From Thermoanaerobaculia bacterium (GTDB lineage: Bacteria; Acidobacteriota; Thermoanaerobaculia; Multivoradales; UBA5704), in assembly GCA_035940855.1 (NCBI GenBank), contig DASZEM010000025.1, forward strand, positions 8,067 through 72,066: a DNA stretch of 64,000 bases. Reading direction: 5' to 3'. A program made the translations under genes and the position numbers. The notes beneath the pieces were generated by a model. The model was given only the letters and a program-made list of their open reading frames with translations. It was not told the origin of the DNA and ran no database searches. Shown in pieces: positions 34,531-45,043 of the stretch. Each line of letters starts with the position of its first letter. The stretch's first letter is position 1.

Positions 34531-35140
34531 TCCCTGGAATCCCTCGAGCCAGGAGCGAGGCCGCCTGCTCCTGCGGATCGCCCGCGAGAGCGTGGCCGAG
34601 GCCCTGGGCCTGGGCGCCTCCGGCCGTTACGAGGAGCCCTGGCTGCGCGAGCCGGGCGCCTGCTTCGTGACCCTCCGGCGGCAGGGTGACCTGCGGGGCT
34701 GCGTGGGCTCGGTGCGCGCCTACCGGCCGCTCTTCGAGGACGTCTGGAGCAACGCCCGGGCTTCCGCTTTCCGCGACACGCGGTTCCATCCGGTCGAGCC
34801 GTGGGAATGGGCCGAGATCTCGGTCGAGGTCTCGCTGCTCTCGGCGCCCGAGCCCCTGGCCTGCTCGTGCGAGGAAGAGGCGCTCCGGCTCCTGCGCCCG
34901 GGCGTGGACGGCGTCATCCTGGAGTATCAGGAGTACCGCAGCACCTTCCTGCCGCAGGTCTGGGAGCAGCTCCCCGATCCGCGCGACTTCCTGGGCCACC
35001 TGAAGGCCAAGGCCGGACTGCGCCGCGGCTTCTGGGCGCCCGAGGTCCGGCTCCAGCGCTACGGCGTGATGAAGTGGGTGGAGGAGCGGGCGGAGACCCC
35101 GGAGACCCCGGGAGTTACTCCGCCCGCAGAGCCTCGATAG
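34517..35140 (+). CDS. amrA: AmmeMemoRadiSam system protein A (AMMECR1 family)
   Basis: ACFVTL, LRGCVGS, AFRDTRF, EVSLLS, RSTFLPQVWEQ. Confidence 0.95.
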   Translation: MNGPDPWNPSSQERGRLLLRIARESVAEALGLGASGRYEEPWLREPGACFVTLRRQGDLRGCVGSVRAYRPLFEDVWSNARASAFRDTRFHPVEPWEWAEISVEVSLLSAPEPLACSCEEEALRLLRPGVDGVILEYQEYRSTFLPQVWEQLPDPRDFLGHLKAKAGLRRGFWAPEVRLQRYGVMKWVEERAETPETPGVTPPAEPR

Positions 35141-36311
35141 GATCGAGCGCCGCCGCTCTCCGGGCCGGCAGCAGTCCGGAGAGGAGCCCCGTCCCCACGC
35201 TCACCGCGACCGCCACCACCACGAAGAGCAGCGGCGTGTGCACGGGCAGACCCGGCACGGCGAGGCGCAGCAGGGCGGCGATTCCCATGCCGGCCAGCAC
35301 TCCAAGAATCCCGCCGGCCGTGGCGAGGGCCGCGGCTTCCACCAGGAACATCACGTGGATCTGGCGCCGGGTGGCGCCGATCGCCCGGGCGAGGCCGATC
35401 TCGCCCGTGCGCTCGCCGACGGCGATCCACATCATGGTGAGGATGCCGATCGCCCCCACCAGCAGGGAGATGCCGGCGATGGCGCCCACGGACATCGTGA
35501 TCACGTTCATCACGTTGTCGAACACCGCGAGCATGGCCGCCTGGGTGGTGACCGTGAAGTCCTCCTCGCCGCCGTGGCGCTCGGTGAGGACGCGCCGGAT
35601 ATCCCGCTCCACCTGCGGAGCGAGCCCGGCGTGGGCGTAGACGATGTCGATCTCGTTGAGCTCGGAGAGATTGAAGAGCTTCATGGCGCTCGCGACGGGG
35701 ATGTAGGCCGCGTCGTCGATGTCGAAGCCGAGGAACTGCCCCTTGGAAGACATGACGCCGATCACCCGGAAGCGGGTGCCCGCGATGCGCACGAACTGGC
35801 CCAGGGCGTTCGTCTCGCCGAAGATCTCGCGCTTGAGCTTGGGACCCAGCACGGCGAACTGCGAGCCGCGGTTCGCGTCCCCCTCCGGCCAGAAGGTGCC
35901 CAGGCGGACCTGGTACTTCCAGACCTTGGGGGCGTCGGGAGTGACGCCGTAGATGAACACGCTGCGCCCCCGGCCATTGCCTTCCACGCGGGCGCTGCCG
36001 AAGGCCACGGGCATGGTGTGCTCGACCCCGGAGATGCGCGTGAGGGCGAGCGCGTCGTCGATCGTCAGCTTGTGCGTGGTGCCGCCGAACGCTCCCGGGA
36101 CGCCGGTCGTCTCCGATTTGCCCGGGTTGACTCCCATGAGGTTGGTGCCGAACTGGGTGAACATGTTCAGCAGGTAGCGCCGGGTCCCCTCGCCGATCGA
36201 GGTGAGGAGGATCACGGAGGCGATGCCGATGCCGATCCCCAGCATCGATAGGGCCGAGCGGAGCCGGTGGCTCAGGACGGCGCTCAGGGCAAGCCGGATC
36301 AGGTCGCGCAT
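35115..36311 (-). CDS. ABC transporter permease (MacB/FtsX-like)
   Basis: RLRSALSMLGIGIG, GAIGILTMMWIAVGERTGEIG, PARRAAALDPIEALR. Confidence 0.93.
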   Translation of the reverse strand: MRDLIRLALSAVLSHRLRSALSMLGIGIGIASVILLTSIGEGTRRYLLNMFTQFGTNLMGVNPGKSETTGVPGAFGGTTHKLTIDDALALTRISGVEHTMPVAFGSARVEGNGRGRSVFIYGVTPDAPKVWKYQVRLGTFWPEGDANRGSQFAVLGPKLKREIFGETNALGQFVRIAGTRFRVIGVMSSKGQFLGFDIDDAAYIPVASAMKLFNLSELNEIDIVYAHAGLAPQVERDIRRVLTERHGGEEDFTVTTQAAMLAVFDNVMNVITMSVGAIAGISLLVGAIGILTMMWIAVGERTGEIGLARAIGATRRQIHVMFLVEAAALATAGGILGVLAGMGIAALLRLAVPGLPVHTPLLFVVVAVAVSVGTGLLSGLLPARRAAALDPIEALRAE

Positions 36312-36326
36312 GGCATCATCTCCCGA

Positions 36327-37526
36327 TTATCTTCCGGCCAATGCCGCCACGGGATCGAGCCGCGCCGCCCGCCGGGCGGGCAGCAGGCCGAAGAAGAGAC
36401 CCACGCCCAGCGACAGGAGGAGGGCCGCGGCCACGGCCCACGCCGGCGGGGAGGCCGGCAGGGCGGGGAAGAGATGAACCAGGACGCGCACGGCCCCCCA
36501 GCCCACGGCGAGCCCGAGCAGGCCGCCGGTGGCCGAGAGCAGCGCCGACTCCGTGAGGAAGACGGCCAGCACCTGGCGGCGCCGGACCCCCAGGGCCCGC
36601 AGCAGGCCGACTTCCCTCGTCCGCTCCGAGACCGAGACCAGCATCACGTTCATGATGCCGATGCCGGCCACGGAAAGCGAGATGGCGGCGATGGCGCCGA
36701 GGGCGAGCGTCAGGGCACCCAGGATCTGCGAGAAGGTGGAGACCACGGCGTCCTGGGTCAGCACCGTGATGTCCTCCTCACCGTGGCGCTCGGCCAGCAG
36801 GCGGACGACCCGGCCCTTGACCGCTTCGAGGTCGGCGCCGCCCCGCACCTGGATCATGATCCGGAACAAAGACCGGCGGTCGAACAGGCGCATGCCGGTC
36901 GCCACGGGGACGACGGCCGTCTCGTCGATGTCCGCTCCGAGCTGGACTCCCTTGGGGGCGAGCACCCCGATCACCCGCATCCGCCAGCCGCCGATGCGCA
37001 CCACCTGGCCGACCGCCTCTTCGCCGGGGAACAGCTCGCGGGCCACCTTGGCGCCCAGCACCACGACGGGCCGGCCGCGCCGCAGCTCCTCGGCCGGGAT
37101 GAACTCGCCCCGGGCGAGCGCGAGCTTGCGCACCTCCAGGAGCTCCCGCGTCGAGCCCACGATGGCCACCTGACGCCGCCGCGCGCCGTGGGCCACGGAC
37201 TCGGTGCCGATCACGAACGGGGCCATCTTTTCTGCCTCGGGGATCGAGCGCTCGATGGCCCGCGAATCCTCCAGCGTCAGGTCGTTGGACGCCGCGGCCA
37301 CGCCGGGGATGCCCGTCGTCTCCGTCTTGCCGGGCACCACGATCAGCAGGTTCGAGCCGATGCTCGCGAACTGGTCCACCACGTAGAGACGGGCGCCCTC
37401 TCCCAGGGCCGTCAGCGCGATCACGGCGGCCACGCCGATCGCCATGCCCAGCAGCGAGAGCGCCGTGCGCAGCCGGTGGCCGGAGAGGGCCTGAAGGCAG
37501 AAGCGGAAGAGGTCGGCGGCGGTCAT
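36327..37526 (-). CDS. ABC transporter permease (MacB/FtsX-like)
   Basis: RLRTALSLLG, GIGIMNVMLVSVSERTREVG, PARRAARLDPV. Confidence 0.93.
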   Translation of the reverse strand: MTAADLFRFCLQALSGHRLRTALSLLGMAIGVAAVIALTALGEGARLYVVDQFASIGSNLLIVVPGKTETTGIPGVAAASNDLTLEDSRAIERSIPEAEKMAPFVIGTESVAHGARRRQVAIVGSTRELLEVRKLALARGEFIPAEELRRGRPVVVLGAKVARELFPGEEAVGQVVRIGGWRMRVIGVLAPKGVQLGADIDETAVVPVATGMRLFDRRSLFRIMIQVRGGADLEAVKGRVVRLLAERHGEEDITVLTQDAVVSTFSQILGALTLALGAIAAISLSVAGIGIMNVMLVSVSERTREVGLLRALGVRRRQVLAVFLTESALLSATGGLLGLAVGWGAVRVLVHLFPALPASPPAWAVAAALLLSLGVGLFFGLLPARRAARLDPVAALAGR

Positions 37527-37540
37527 GTAAGCTAAGGGGT

Positions 37541-38011
37541 ATGGATCTGAGCCTAGCCAAGAAGGTGCTCGAGGCCTTCGAACGGGAAGGAGTCCGGTAC
37601 GTCGTCTGCGGTGCGGTAGCCATCAACATCCTGGGCCTGCCTCGCGCTACGGAGGACCTCGATGTCTTCATAGAACCGCAACGAGAGAACGTCGAACGGG
37701 TGAAGGCGGCTCTGCGGTCCGTCTTCGCCGATCCCCTGATCGAAGAGATTTCGGCCGAGGATCTGTTGGGCGAGTATCCCGCCGTTCAGTACGTTCCGCC
37801 CGAGGGGGCCTTTCACATCGACATCCTGACGCGGCTCGGAGAAGCCTTCAGCTTTGAGGACCTCGAAGCGATTCGCGTCGATTTTGATGGCAAGCCCGTC
37901 TGGGTCACTTCTCCCAAGACCCTCTACCTCATGAAGAAGGATACCGTGCGGCCCAAGGACTGGGGAGACGCTGAGGCGGTCAAGCGCCGGTTCCACCTGA
38001 AGGAGGACTGA
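37541..38011 (+). CDS. Minimal nucleotidyltransferase (Pol beta superfamily)
   Basis: YVVCGAVA..ILG.PRATEDLDVF, IDIL, LYLMKK..RPKD..D. Confidence 0.8.
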   Translation: MDLSLAKKVLEAFEREGVRYVVCGAVAINILGLPRATEDLDVFIEPQRENVERVKAALRSVFADPLIEEISAEDLLGEYPAVQYVPPEGAFHIDILTRLGEAFSFEDLEAIRVDFDGKPVWVTSPKTLYLMKKDTVRPKDWGDAEAVKRRFHLKED

Positions 38012-38265
38012 TGCCGGTCCGGAAGTTTCGCAATCTGCAGGACATGGAGGACTCCCTCTGGCGGGAGCCGGGAGACCCGCGCCTGGGAAAGGCGATCGAC
38101 TCCGTATGGAGGTTCGCGGCTCAAACCTGCCCTCGGCAGTTTCCCCCAGGCGTCTACAAGCACCGCTCCATCGAGGACGCTCAACGCCTGCGCGATCTTT
38201 GGGAAGAGAAGGACTTCGAGGCTCTTTGGAAGCGGCGCGGGATTGATCCCAGAGACCTCTCCTGA
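38011..38265 (+). CDS. Small protein translationally coupled to the nucleotidyltransferase
   Basis: ATG overlaps upstream TGA; internal echo VRKFRNLQDM / VYKHRSIEDA. Confidence 0.75.
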   Translation: MPVRKFRNLQDMEDSLWREPGDPRLGKAIDSVWRFAAQTCPRQFPPGVYKHRSIEDAQRLRDLWEEKDFEALWKRRGIDPRDLS

Positions 38266-38274
38266 GCTGACCGT

Positions 38275-38993
<719 letters not shown>

Positions 38994-38997
<4 letters not shown>

Positions 38998-40145
38998 GGA
39001 GAGGTACTCTGGCGCACCGTCCGCACCTTGGCGCCGGCTTTGACCTCCGGCTTGTCCAGAGAGGTCACCACCAGGTCGCCCGGCGCGACCCCGGAGAGCA
39101 CCTCGGTCCAATCCCAGTTCTTGAGGCCGATCTTCAGCGTGCGCTCGGCCAGCACGCCGTTCCGGGCCACCAGGACCCGCTCGCCTTCGATCAGGGTCGA
39201 GGTGGGGACGCGGGTCACGTTCTCCCGCGCCTGGAGCAGGACCTCGACGTCCGTCGACGTGCCGGGCAGGAGCTTCACGGCGCCCGGGTCGTCCAGGTCC
39301 ACCTCGATCTCCACCGTGCGGTTCTGCTCCTCGCGGTCGAGGACGTAGGGGGCGACCCGCCGCACGTGGCCGGGGAACTGGCGGCCGGGGTAGGAGTCGA
39401 ACGTCACCCGCGCCGTCTGCCCGGGATGGATGCGGGCCGAGTCCACCTCGTCCATGGGAGCGCTGACGTAGATCGAGCCTGGATCGAGCACGTCGATGAC
39501 GGGCGGGATCGGCATGCCGGGCGGGGAAGGGGTCGTGAACTCGCCCACCTCGACCGAGAGGTCAGCCACGATGCCGTCGAAGGGCGCCCGGATCACCGTC
39601 AGCGCCTGCTCCCGCGAGGCCAGCTCGATGGCGGCCCGCGCCTGCTCGACGCCGGCCCGGGAGGCCCGGCAGGCCGCGGCGGCCGTCTCGGCGGAGGTCT
39701 GGGCCTGATCCAGGGTGTCCGTGGAGACGATCCCCTCGGCGGCCAGCTTCTTCAGCCGGTTGCGCTCGCGCCCCGCCCGCTCGGCGGCCACGCAGGACTG
39801 CTGGCGCTGGGCCTCGGCGGCCTGGAGCTCGCGGCGGGAGAGGTCGATCCGCGCTCCCGACACGCTCGGGTTGAGCCGCAGCAGGACGTCGCCCCGCTGG
39901 AACGCGTCGCCTTCGCGGAAGGGGATCTCGACCACCCGGCCGCCGACTTCAGGAGAGATCTGGGCGCGGCGCCGGGCCTTCACCGTGCCGGCCCGCGAGT
40001 TGGTGACCGTCTGCTCGACCCGGCCCCGGGCGACCTCGGTCACGGTGACCTCAAGGGGCTTGGGCGCGAACACCGTGGCCCGCAGGGCGAGCCCCGCCGC
40101 CACGATCCCGAGGATCACCAGGAGACGAACGATCCAGCGCCGCAT
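38994..40145 (-). CDS. Periplasmic adaptor (MFP, MacA-like)
   Basis: N-terminal TM, ISPEVGGRV, helical hairpin, IRAPFDGIV, APMDEVD. Confidence 0.92.
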
Positions 40146-40210
40146 TGCGGCTTCCACTCTACCACCGCGGGATGGTTGACACCCCGAGGCGCCGGTGGAC
40201 ATCATGCGGC

Positions 40211-40639
40211 ATGTTCAAGAAGATCCTGGTCCCCGTCGACTTCACGGAGAAGAACGAAGCGGCCCTGAGCAGCGCGATCGAGATCGCGGGCCGAAGCGAC
40301 GGCGAGGAGGGCGAGGTCTCTCTCCTCCACGTCATCGAGACGATCGAGCACATCGAGTTCGACGAGATGTCGGACTTCTACCGCGGCCTGGAGACGCGGG
40401 CGTCGGCCCGGCTCTTCGCCATGGAGGAGCGCCTCCGGCAAGCCGGCATCCGGGCGCGGCACGACATCGTCTACGGCAAGCGGGCGGAGACCATCGTGCG
40501 CTACGCCGAGGACCACGGGATCGACCTCATGATCCTCTCCTCCCACAAGGTGGACCGCGATCACCCCGCCCTCGGCTGGGGGACGATCAGCTATCGGATC
40601 GCTATCGTGGCGCGGTGCCCGGTGCTGCTGGTGAAGTAG
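40211..40639 (+). CDS. Universal stress protein
   Basis: MFKKILVPVDF, LLHV, IVRYA...DLMIL, ARCPVLLVK. Confidence 0.93.
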   Translation: MFKKILVPVDFTEKNEAALSSAIEIAGRSDGEEGEVSLLHVIETIEHIEFDEMSDFYRGLETRASARLFAMEERLRQAGIRARHDIVYGKRAETIVRYAEDHGIDLMILSSHKVDRDHPALGWGTISYRIAIVARCPVLLVK

Positions 40640-40661
40640 AAGCCGGCCACCCCCATCCGCC

Positions 40662-41912
40662 ATGTTCCGCTCCATCGCCACCGCCTACCACGATGCCTTC
40701 TCGGGCCTTTCCCGGCCCGTCTGGCTGCTCTCGATCGCCACGCTGATCAACCGCAGCGGCACGATGGTGATGCCGTTCCTGGCCCTGTATCTCACGGAGA
40801 AGCGCGGCTTCACGACCACCCAGGCGGGCCAGACCCTGGCGCTCTATGGATTGGGCGCCATGGGCGCCTCGTACCTCGGCGGCTGGCTCTGCGACCGGTT
40901 CGATCCCCTCCTGGTCATGAAGTGGAGCCTCGGACTGACCGGGCTCTCGTTCCTGGCCCTCGGCCACATCCGGGGACGGCTCGAGATCTCGGCCATGATG
41001 ATCGGGCTGAGCTTCGTGGGGGAGGTCTTCCGCCCGGCCAACCTGGCGGCTCTGGCCTCGGCGAGCGATCCCGGGGAGCGGGCGCGCAGCTTCGCCCTGA
41101 TGCGCCTCGCCGTCAACATCGGCATGACCCTGGGACCGACCGTGGGGGGATTCCTGGCGCTGCGCGACTACGGCTGGCTGTTCGTGGGGGACGGCGCGAC
41201 CTGCCTGCTGGCCGTGGGGCTGCTCCATTTCGCCTTCCCGGGCAGGGTGCTGCGGGCCGCGCCACGGTCCGCCGAGAGGGCGGCGAAGGCCGCGGCGGCC
41301 TCGCCCTGGCGGGACCTGCCCTTGCTGACCGTCCTGGCGCTGATGTTCCTGCTCAACATCGTGACCTTCCAGGTCGTGGGCACCTTCCCGCTGTCGCTGC
41401 GGGACCTCTATGGCTTCTCCGAGGCGCGGATCGGCCTGGTGCTGGCGGTCAACACCATCCTGATCGTGCTCTTCGAGATGGTCCTGGTCCACTCGCTGTC
41501 GAAGCGGGATCCGCTCAAGGTGTCGGGCCTCGGCGCGTTCCTTTTCTGCACCGGCTTCGCCCTGCTGCCGTTCGGGGCAGGCTTCGCCTACGTGGTGCTC
41601 ACGGTGGCGGTGTGGACGATGGGGGAGATGCTGGTGTTCCCCATCGTGTCGAGCGCCATCGCCGACCGGGCGCCCGAGGAGAGCCGGGGGCGCTACATGG
41701 GCCTGCTCAACCTGTCCTTCGCCACGGCGTTCGTGGTGGCGCCGCTGGTGGGCACCTGGGTCTATCAGAACCTGGGACCGCGCACGCTCTGGCTGGCCTG
41801 CGGCGCGGTGGGAATCCTAGTCTGGGCGGGATTCCACACCGTGGCGGCCCTCACTCCCCCAACCCCCTCTCTCCCGGCCTCCCTCCCAACCGCCGGGAGA
41901 GAGGGGGCTTGA
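40662..41912 (+). CDS. MFS transporter
   Basis: About 12 TM segments, GGWLCDRF, APEESRGRYMG. Confidence 0.92.
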   Translation: MFRSIATAYHDAFSGLSRPVWLLSIATLINRSGTMVMPFLALYLTEKRGFTTTQAGQTLALYGLGAMGASYLGGWLCDRFDPLLVMKWSLGLTGLSFLALGHIRGRLEISAMMIGLSFVGEVFRPANLAALASASDPGERARSFALMRLAVNIGMTLGPTVGGFLALRDYGWLFVGDGATCLLAVGLLHFAFPGRVLRAAPRSAERAAKAAAASPWRDLPLLTVLALMFLLNIVTFQVVGTFPLSLRDLYGFSEARIGLVLAVNTILIVLFEMVLVHSLSKRDPLKVSGLGAFLFCTGFALLPFGAGFAYVVLTVAVWTMGEMLVFPIVSSAIADRAPEESRGRYMGLLNLSFATAFVVAPLVGTWVYQNLGPRTLWLACGAVGILVWAGFHTVAALTPPTPSLPASLPTAGREGA

Positions 41913-41993
41913 AAACCGTTTCAGACAAACCTCTCCCTCTTCTCCCGGAAGGGGGAAGGGAGGCCGGGAGAAGAGGGCCGGGGTGATGAGGGT
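41847..41993. repeat. REP-like element, same family as 20564..20712, overlapping the MFS 3' end
   Basis: GCCCTCACTCCCCCAACCCCCTCTCTCCCGGCC ... GGCCGGGAGAAGAGGGCCGGGGTGATGAGGGT. Confidence 0.75.
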
Positions 41994-41995
41994 TT

Positions 41996-42496
41996 CTAAC
42001 TCTGCGGCTCTTCATGCAGCCGGAGCTTGCGGTAGCCGCGGTTCCAGTAGACGAGCGGCGGCGCCTCTTCCTGGGGGACGTTGCTCGCGGCCACCTCGCC
42101 CACGTAGATCGTGTGCGAGCCCGCCGGATAGCGGGCGTGGATGCGGCAGTCGAGCCAGGCCAGGGCGTCGACCAGGACGGGGGCGCCCGTGGTGGCCATG
42201 GACCAGTCGCCCATGGCGAAGCGGTCCTCGTCCTTGACCCAGGCGAAGCGGTTGGACAGCTCCGACTGGTCCTCTCCCAGGATGTTCACCGCGAAGACCG
42301 CCTCCGGCTCCTCCAGCAGGGTGTGGGCGTGATGGCGGTTCTCGATGATGATCATGATCAGCGGCGGCTCGGCCGAGACCGAGGCGAACGCCGAAACGGT
42401 GAGGCCGTGTCTGTGGTCGCCCGCCTTGACGGTGACGATGGTCACGCCCGCGGGGAAGTGGCGCAGCGCTTTGCGGAATTCTTCCGATGAGATCAC
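41996..42496 (-). CDS. Flavin reductase family protein
   Basis: FRKALRHFPAGVTIVT, GLTVSAFASVS.EPPL, GSHTIYVGEV, PLVY; GTG start. Confidence 0.93.
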   Translation of the reverse strand: MISSEEFRKALRHFPAGVTIVTVKAGDHRHGLTVSAFASVSAEPPLIMIIIENRHHAHTLLEEPEAVFAVNILGEDQSELSNRFAWVKDEDRFAMGDWSMATTGAPVLVDALAWLDCRIHARYPAGSHTIYVGEVAASNVPQEEAPPLVYWNRGYRKLRLHEEPQS

Positions 42497-42559
42497 CGGG
42501 TATCTCCTCTCCCAAAAGATTGTCGCTCGCTTGAGCGGAGCGATTCTGACACAAGTTTC

Positions 42560-42575
42560 TGGCACTTGCCTTGCA
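42560..42575 (+). promoter_or_regulatory. Sigma54 (-24/-12) promoter
   Basis: TGGCAC-TTGCC-TTGCA, exact match to TGGCAC-N5-TTGCW. Confidence 0.75.
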
Positions 42576-42673
42576 CAAGCCATAGTGCAGCCGGAGGCGG
42601 GGTTGAGGACAACCCGCCCGCGGCTCCAAAGAGATTCTCGACCGGTGGCTTCGGCCTCCAGGAGGAACGATCG

Positions 42674-42814
42674 ATGGGCAAGGTCAAGAGAAACGTCAAG
42701 GGTCTGCTGAACACGCGCGTGCGCATGGGCCTGTTCACCGTGCCGCTGTGGGTGGTGGGCGCGGTCTTCGTGGCGCGCAAGCTGCGGGACCGCCGCCGCT
42801 ACGCCACGGTCTGA
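42674..42814 (+). CDS. Small single-TM protein (46 aa)
   Basis: GGAGG RBS; MGKVKRNVKGLLNTRVRMGLFTVPLWVVGAVFVARKLRDRRRYATV; GC3-rich codons. Confidence 0.65.
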   Translation: MGKVKRNVKGLLNTRVRMGLFTVPLWVVGAVFVARKLRDRRRYATV

Positions 42815-42820
42815 GCCTCT

Positions 42821-42845
42821 CCGCCCGGGATGGCATCCCGGGCGG
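42821..42845. terminator. Hairpin downstream of the small protein
   Basis: CCGCCCGGGAT-GGC-ATCCCGGGCGG, 11-bp stem, weak U tract. Confidence 0.45.
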
Positions 42846-42954
42846 TTCCCCGCCAGCTTCAGATCCCGCCGAAAGACAAGGCCTCTCTTTACTGAGAAGC
42901 GGCATCCATCTAAGCTACAGCCAGCTTTCGTAGTCCTCCAGGAGGTCCGAACAG

Positions 42955-44349
42955 ATGACGCTGTGGAAGTCTCGCGAGGGATGGTGCGTCCTGCTGCTGC
43001 TCGGCGTGGGGCTGTGCGGTCCCGCGGTCCGGGCCGCGCAGGAGCCGGCGGAAGAGGCGCAGCCGGCGGAAGAGACGGCGAGCCTGCGGCCGCGGCTCTC
43101 GTTCGGCCTCGAGGCCAAGGCGAATTTCCGGAACAGCGAGGAGAACCGCTTCCCGGTCAACTTTCAGTTCACGCCCGACCAGCTCCCGGCCGGCCAGAAG
43201 CAGGCGTTCGAGGAGACGGTCAATCCCGGCTCCCACTTCGAGCTGTCGAACGTCACCCTGTTCCTGGACGCGGTCTGGGGCGATGGCCTGACGGCTCACG
43301 GCAAGGTCGACTTCATCGATCTCTACGACCGCAATCCGACCTCGTCGGATAAGAAGGTTGACGTGGACGAGGCGTGGATCCGCTTCGGTATCGAGCCCGA
43401 TCCGGCCGCCCTGCCGGCTCGGGGCGGGGTCTATCTCAAGGTCGGCAAGCTCCCCAAGTTCGAGCGCCAGGACGACCGCCATCTGGAGAGTTATGGCCTC
43501 GTTTCGACCGCCTTCAACCGCATGGAGGACGCCGGGGCCGAGTTGGGGGTCAACCTCGGCCGCCACGTCTACCTGAAGCTCTCGGCCACCCAGGGCAATC
43601 CGGTCTTCCTGCGCGATCCGAACGCCCTCGCGGGCGACAACGGCACGCCCGCCCTGCTGCGGAAGAACCCCGACCCCGAGCTCGGGAGCGGCGTCGTGAT
43701 CCTCTACGACGCCGAGGTCGAAGACCTGGACGTGGACGGCAAGCTGGAGTCCGGCGCGGGCCTGGGCTATCGCTTCGCGGACGAGGAGGGGAGGAACGGG
43801 CTGGACGTGCTGGCCTGGGGCTACCGGCGCAAGCTCGCCCGGACGGTGGAGCTGGAGGGCACCTTCTACGGTGGCGACCTCGACATTCTCAACGGGCCCG
43901 TCGACGCGCGGCCCGCACTCCCCATCACGGACGACGACAAGCAGGAGGTGGGCGCCAACGTGTGGCTCTACCTGGGCGGCTTCTCCTTCTTCGGCCAGTA
44001 CGTGGACCAGGAGCTGGCCGGCCTGCCGCGCACGGGCCTCGAAGGGGAGATCGCCTGGCGCTTCGAGCTGCCGCTCGTCTGGTCGATCGGGGACCGCCAG
44101 CTCTTTCCCTTCGTCGCCCCGGCCGTGCGCTACTCGAAGCTCGACAACGACTTCCGCAACCGCCCCGGGGTGCAGACGCCGAGCCCGAGCTTCGCCTGGG
44201 ACTGGGAGAAGCTCGACGCCGGCCTGCGCCTCGGCATCTTCTCCGGCGTGGACCTGACGGTCGAGTACGAGAGCAACGACTTCATCCTGGGCTCCGGGGC
44301 GGAGCGGGACAACGACGAGCTCCTGACGACGCTGCGGTGGAGGATCTAG
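42955..44349 (+). CDS. Outer-membrane beta-barrel (porin-like) protein
   Basis: Signal peptide, beta-strand alternation, DEAWIRF, C-terminal LTTLRWRI. Confidence 0.75.
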   Translation: MTLWKSREGWCVLLLLGVGLCGPAVRAAQEPAEEAQPAEETASLRPRLSFGLEAKANFRNSEENRFPVNFQFTPDQLPAGQKQAFEETVNPGSHFELSNVTLFLDAVWGDGLTAHGKVDFIDLYDRNPTSSDKKVDVDEAWIRFGIEPDPAALPARGGVYLKVGKLPKFERQDDRHLESYGLVSTAFNRMEDAGAELGVNLGRHVYLKLSATQGNPVFLRDPNALAGDNGTPALLRKNPDPELGSGVVILYDAEVEDLDVDGKLESGAGLGYRFADEEGRNGLDVLAWGYRRKLARTVELEGTFYGGDLDILNGPVDARPALPITDDDKQEVGANVWLYLGGFSFFGQYVDQELAGLPRTGLEGEIAWRFELPLVWSIGDRQLFPFVAPAVRYSKLDNDFRNRPGVQTPSPSFAWDWEKLDAGLRLGIFSGVDLTVEYESNDFILGSGAERDNDELLTTLRWRI

Positions 44350-44350
44350 G

Positions 44351-45043
44351 GTGAGGAAGGCCTTCCCCCTGCTCCTCGCCGTCCTCGCGCTCCCACTCGG
44401 CGCTGGCAGCGAGGAGATCCGCGGCCGGATCGACCTCCTGGCCAGGGGGGGCAAGGGGGCGGCGCGGGGGAGCGACGTGCGGCAGGCGGTGGTGTACTTC
44501 GAGCCGGCCAGCCCGCAGTCGTTTCAGCCCATCCGTCCGGCCGAGACGCCGTTGGAGATGGTGACCCGGCGCAAGGAACTGGTGCCGCGGGTGCTCGTGG
44601 TGCCCAAGGGGAGCCGCGTGCGCTTCCCCAACCAGGACCCGATCCTCCACAACGTGTTCTCCGTCTCCGCGCCCAACCAGTTCGACCTGGGCCTCTACCG
44701 GCAGGGGCCGGGCAAGGAGAAGCGCTTCGAGGACCCGGGCCTGGTGCGCGTCTACTGCAACGTGCACCACGACATGGTGGGCTACATCCTGGTGCTGGAC
44801 ACGCCCTACTACGCCTCGCCCAACGCCGCGGGCGAGTTCGTGCTCACCGGCCTCCCCCGCGGGCCCGGCAAGCTCACCGTCTGGCACGAGCAGGCCGAGC
44901 CGTGGACGGTGGACGTCGATCCGGCGAAGGGCGCCGCGCCGGTCGTGGCCCGCGTCGAGATCGTGCGGCCCCTGATCCCGTCCCATCTCAACAAACTCGG
45001 ACAGTCCTACTTCAGGTCGCAGCGTGACCGCTACAACAACTAG
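44351..45043 (+). CDS. Periplasmic cupredoxin-fold protein with C-terminal beta-sandwich
   Basis: VRFPNQDPILHNVFS and YCNVHHDM provide His/Cys/His/Met type-1 copper ligands. Confidence 0.85.
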   Translation: MRKAFPLLLAVLALPLGAGSEEIRGRIDLLARGGKGAARGSDVRQAVVYFEPASPQSFQPIRPAETPLEMVTRRKELVPRVLVVPKGSRVRFPNQDPILHNVFSVSAPNQFDLGLYRQGPGKEKRFEDPGLVRVYCNVHHDMVGYILVLDTPYYASPNAAGEFVLTGLPRGPGKLTVWHEQAEPWTVDVDPAKGAAPVVARVEIVRPLIPSHLNKLGQSYFRSQRDRYNN

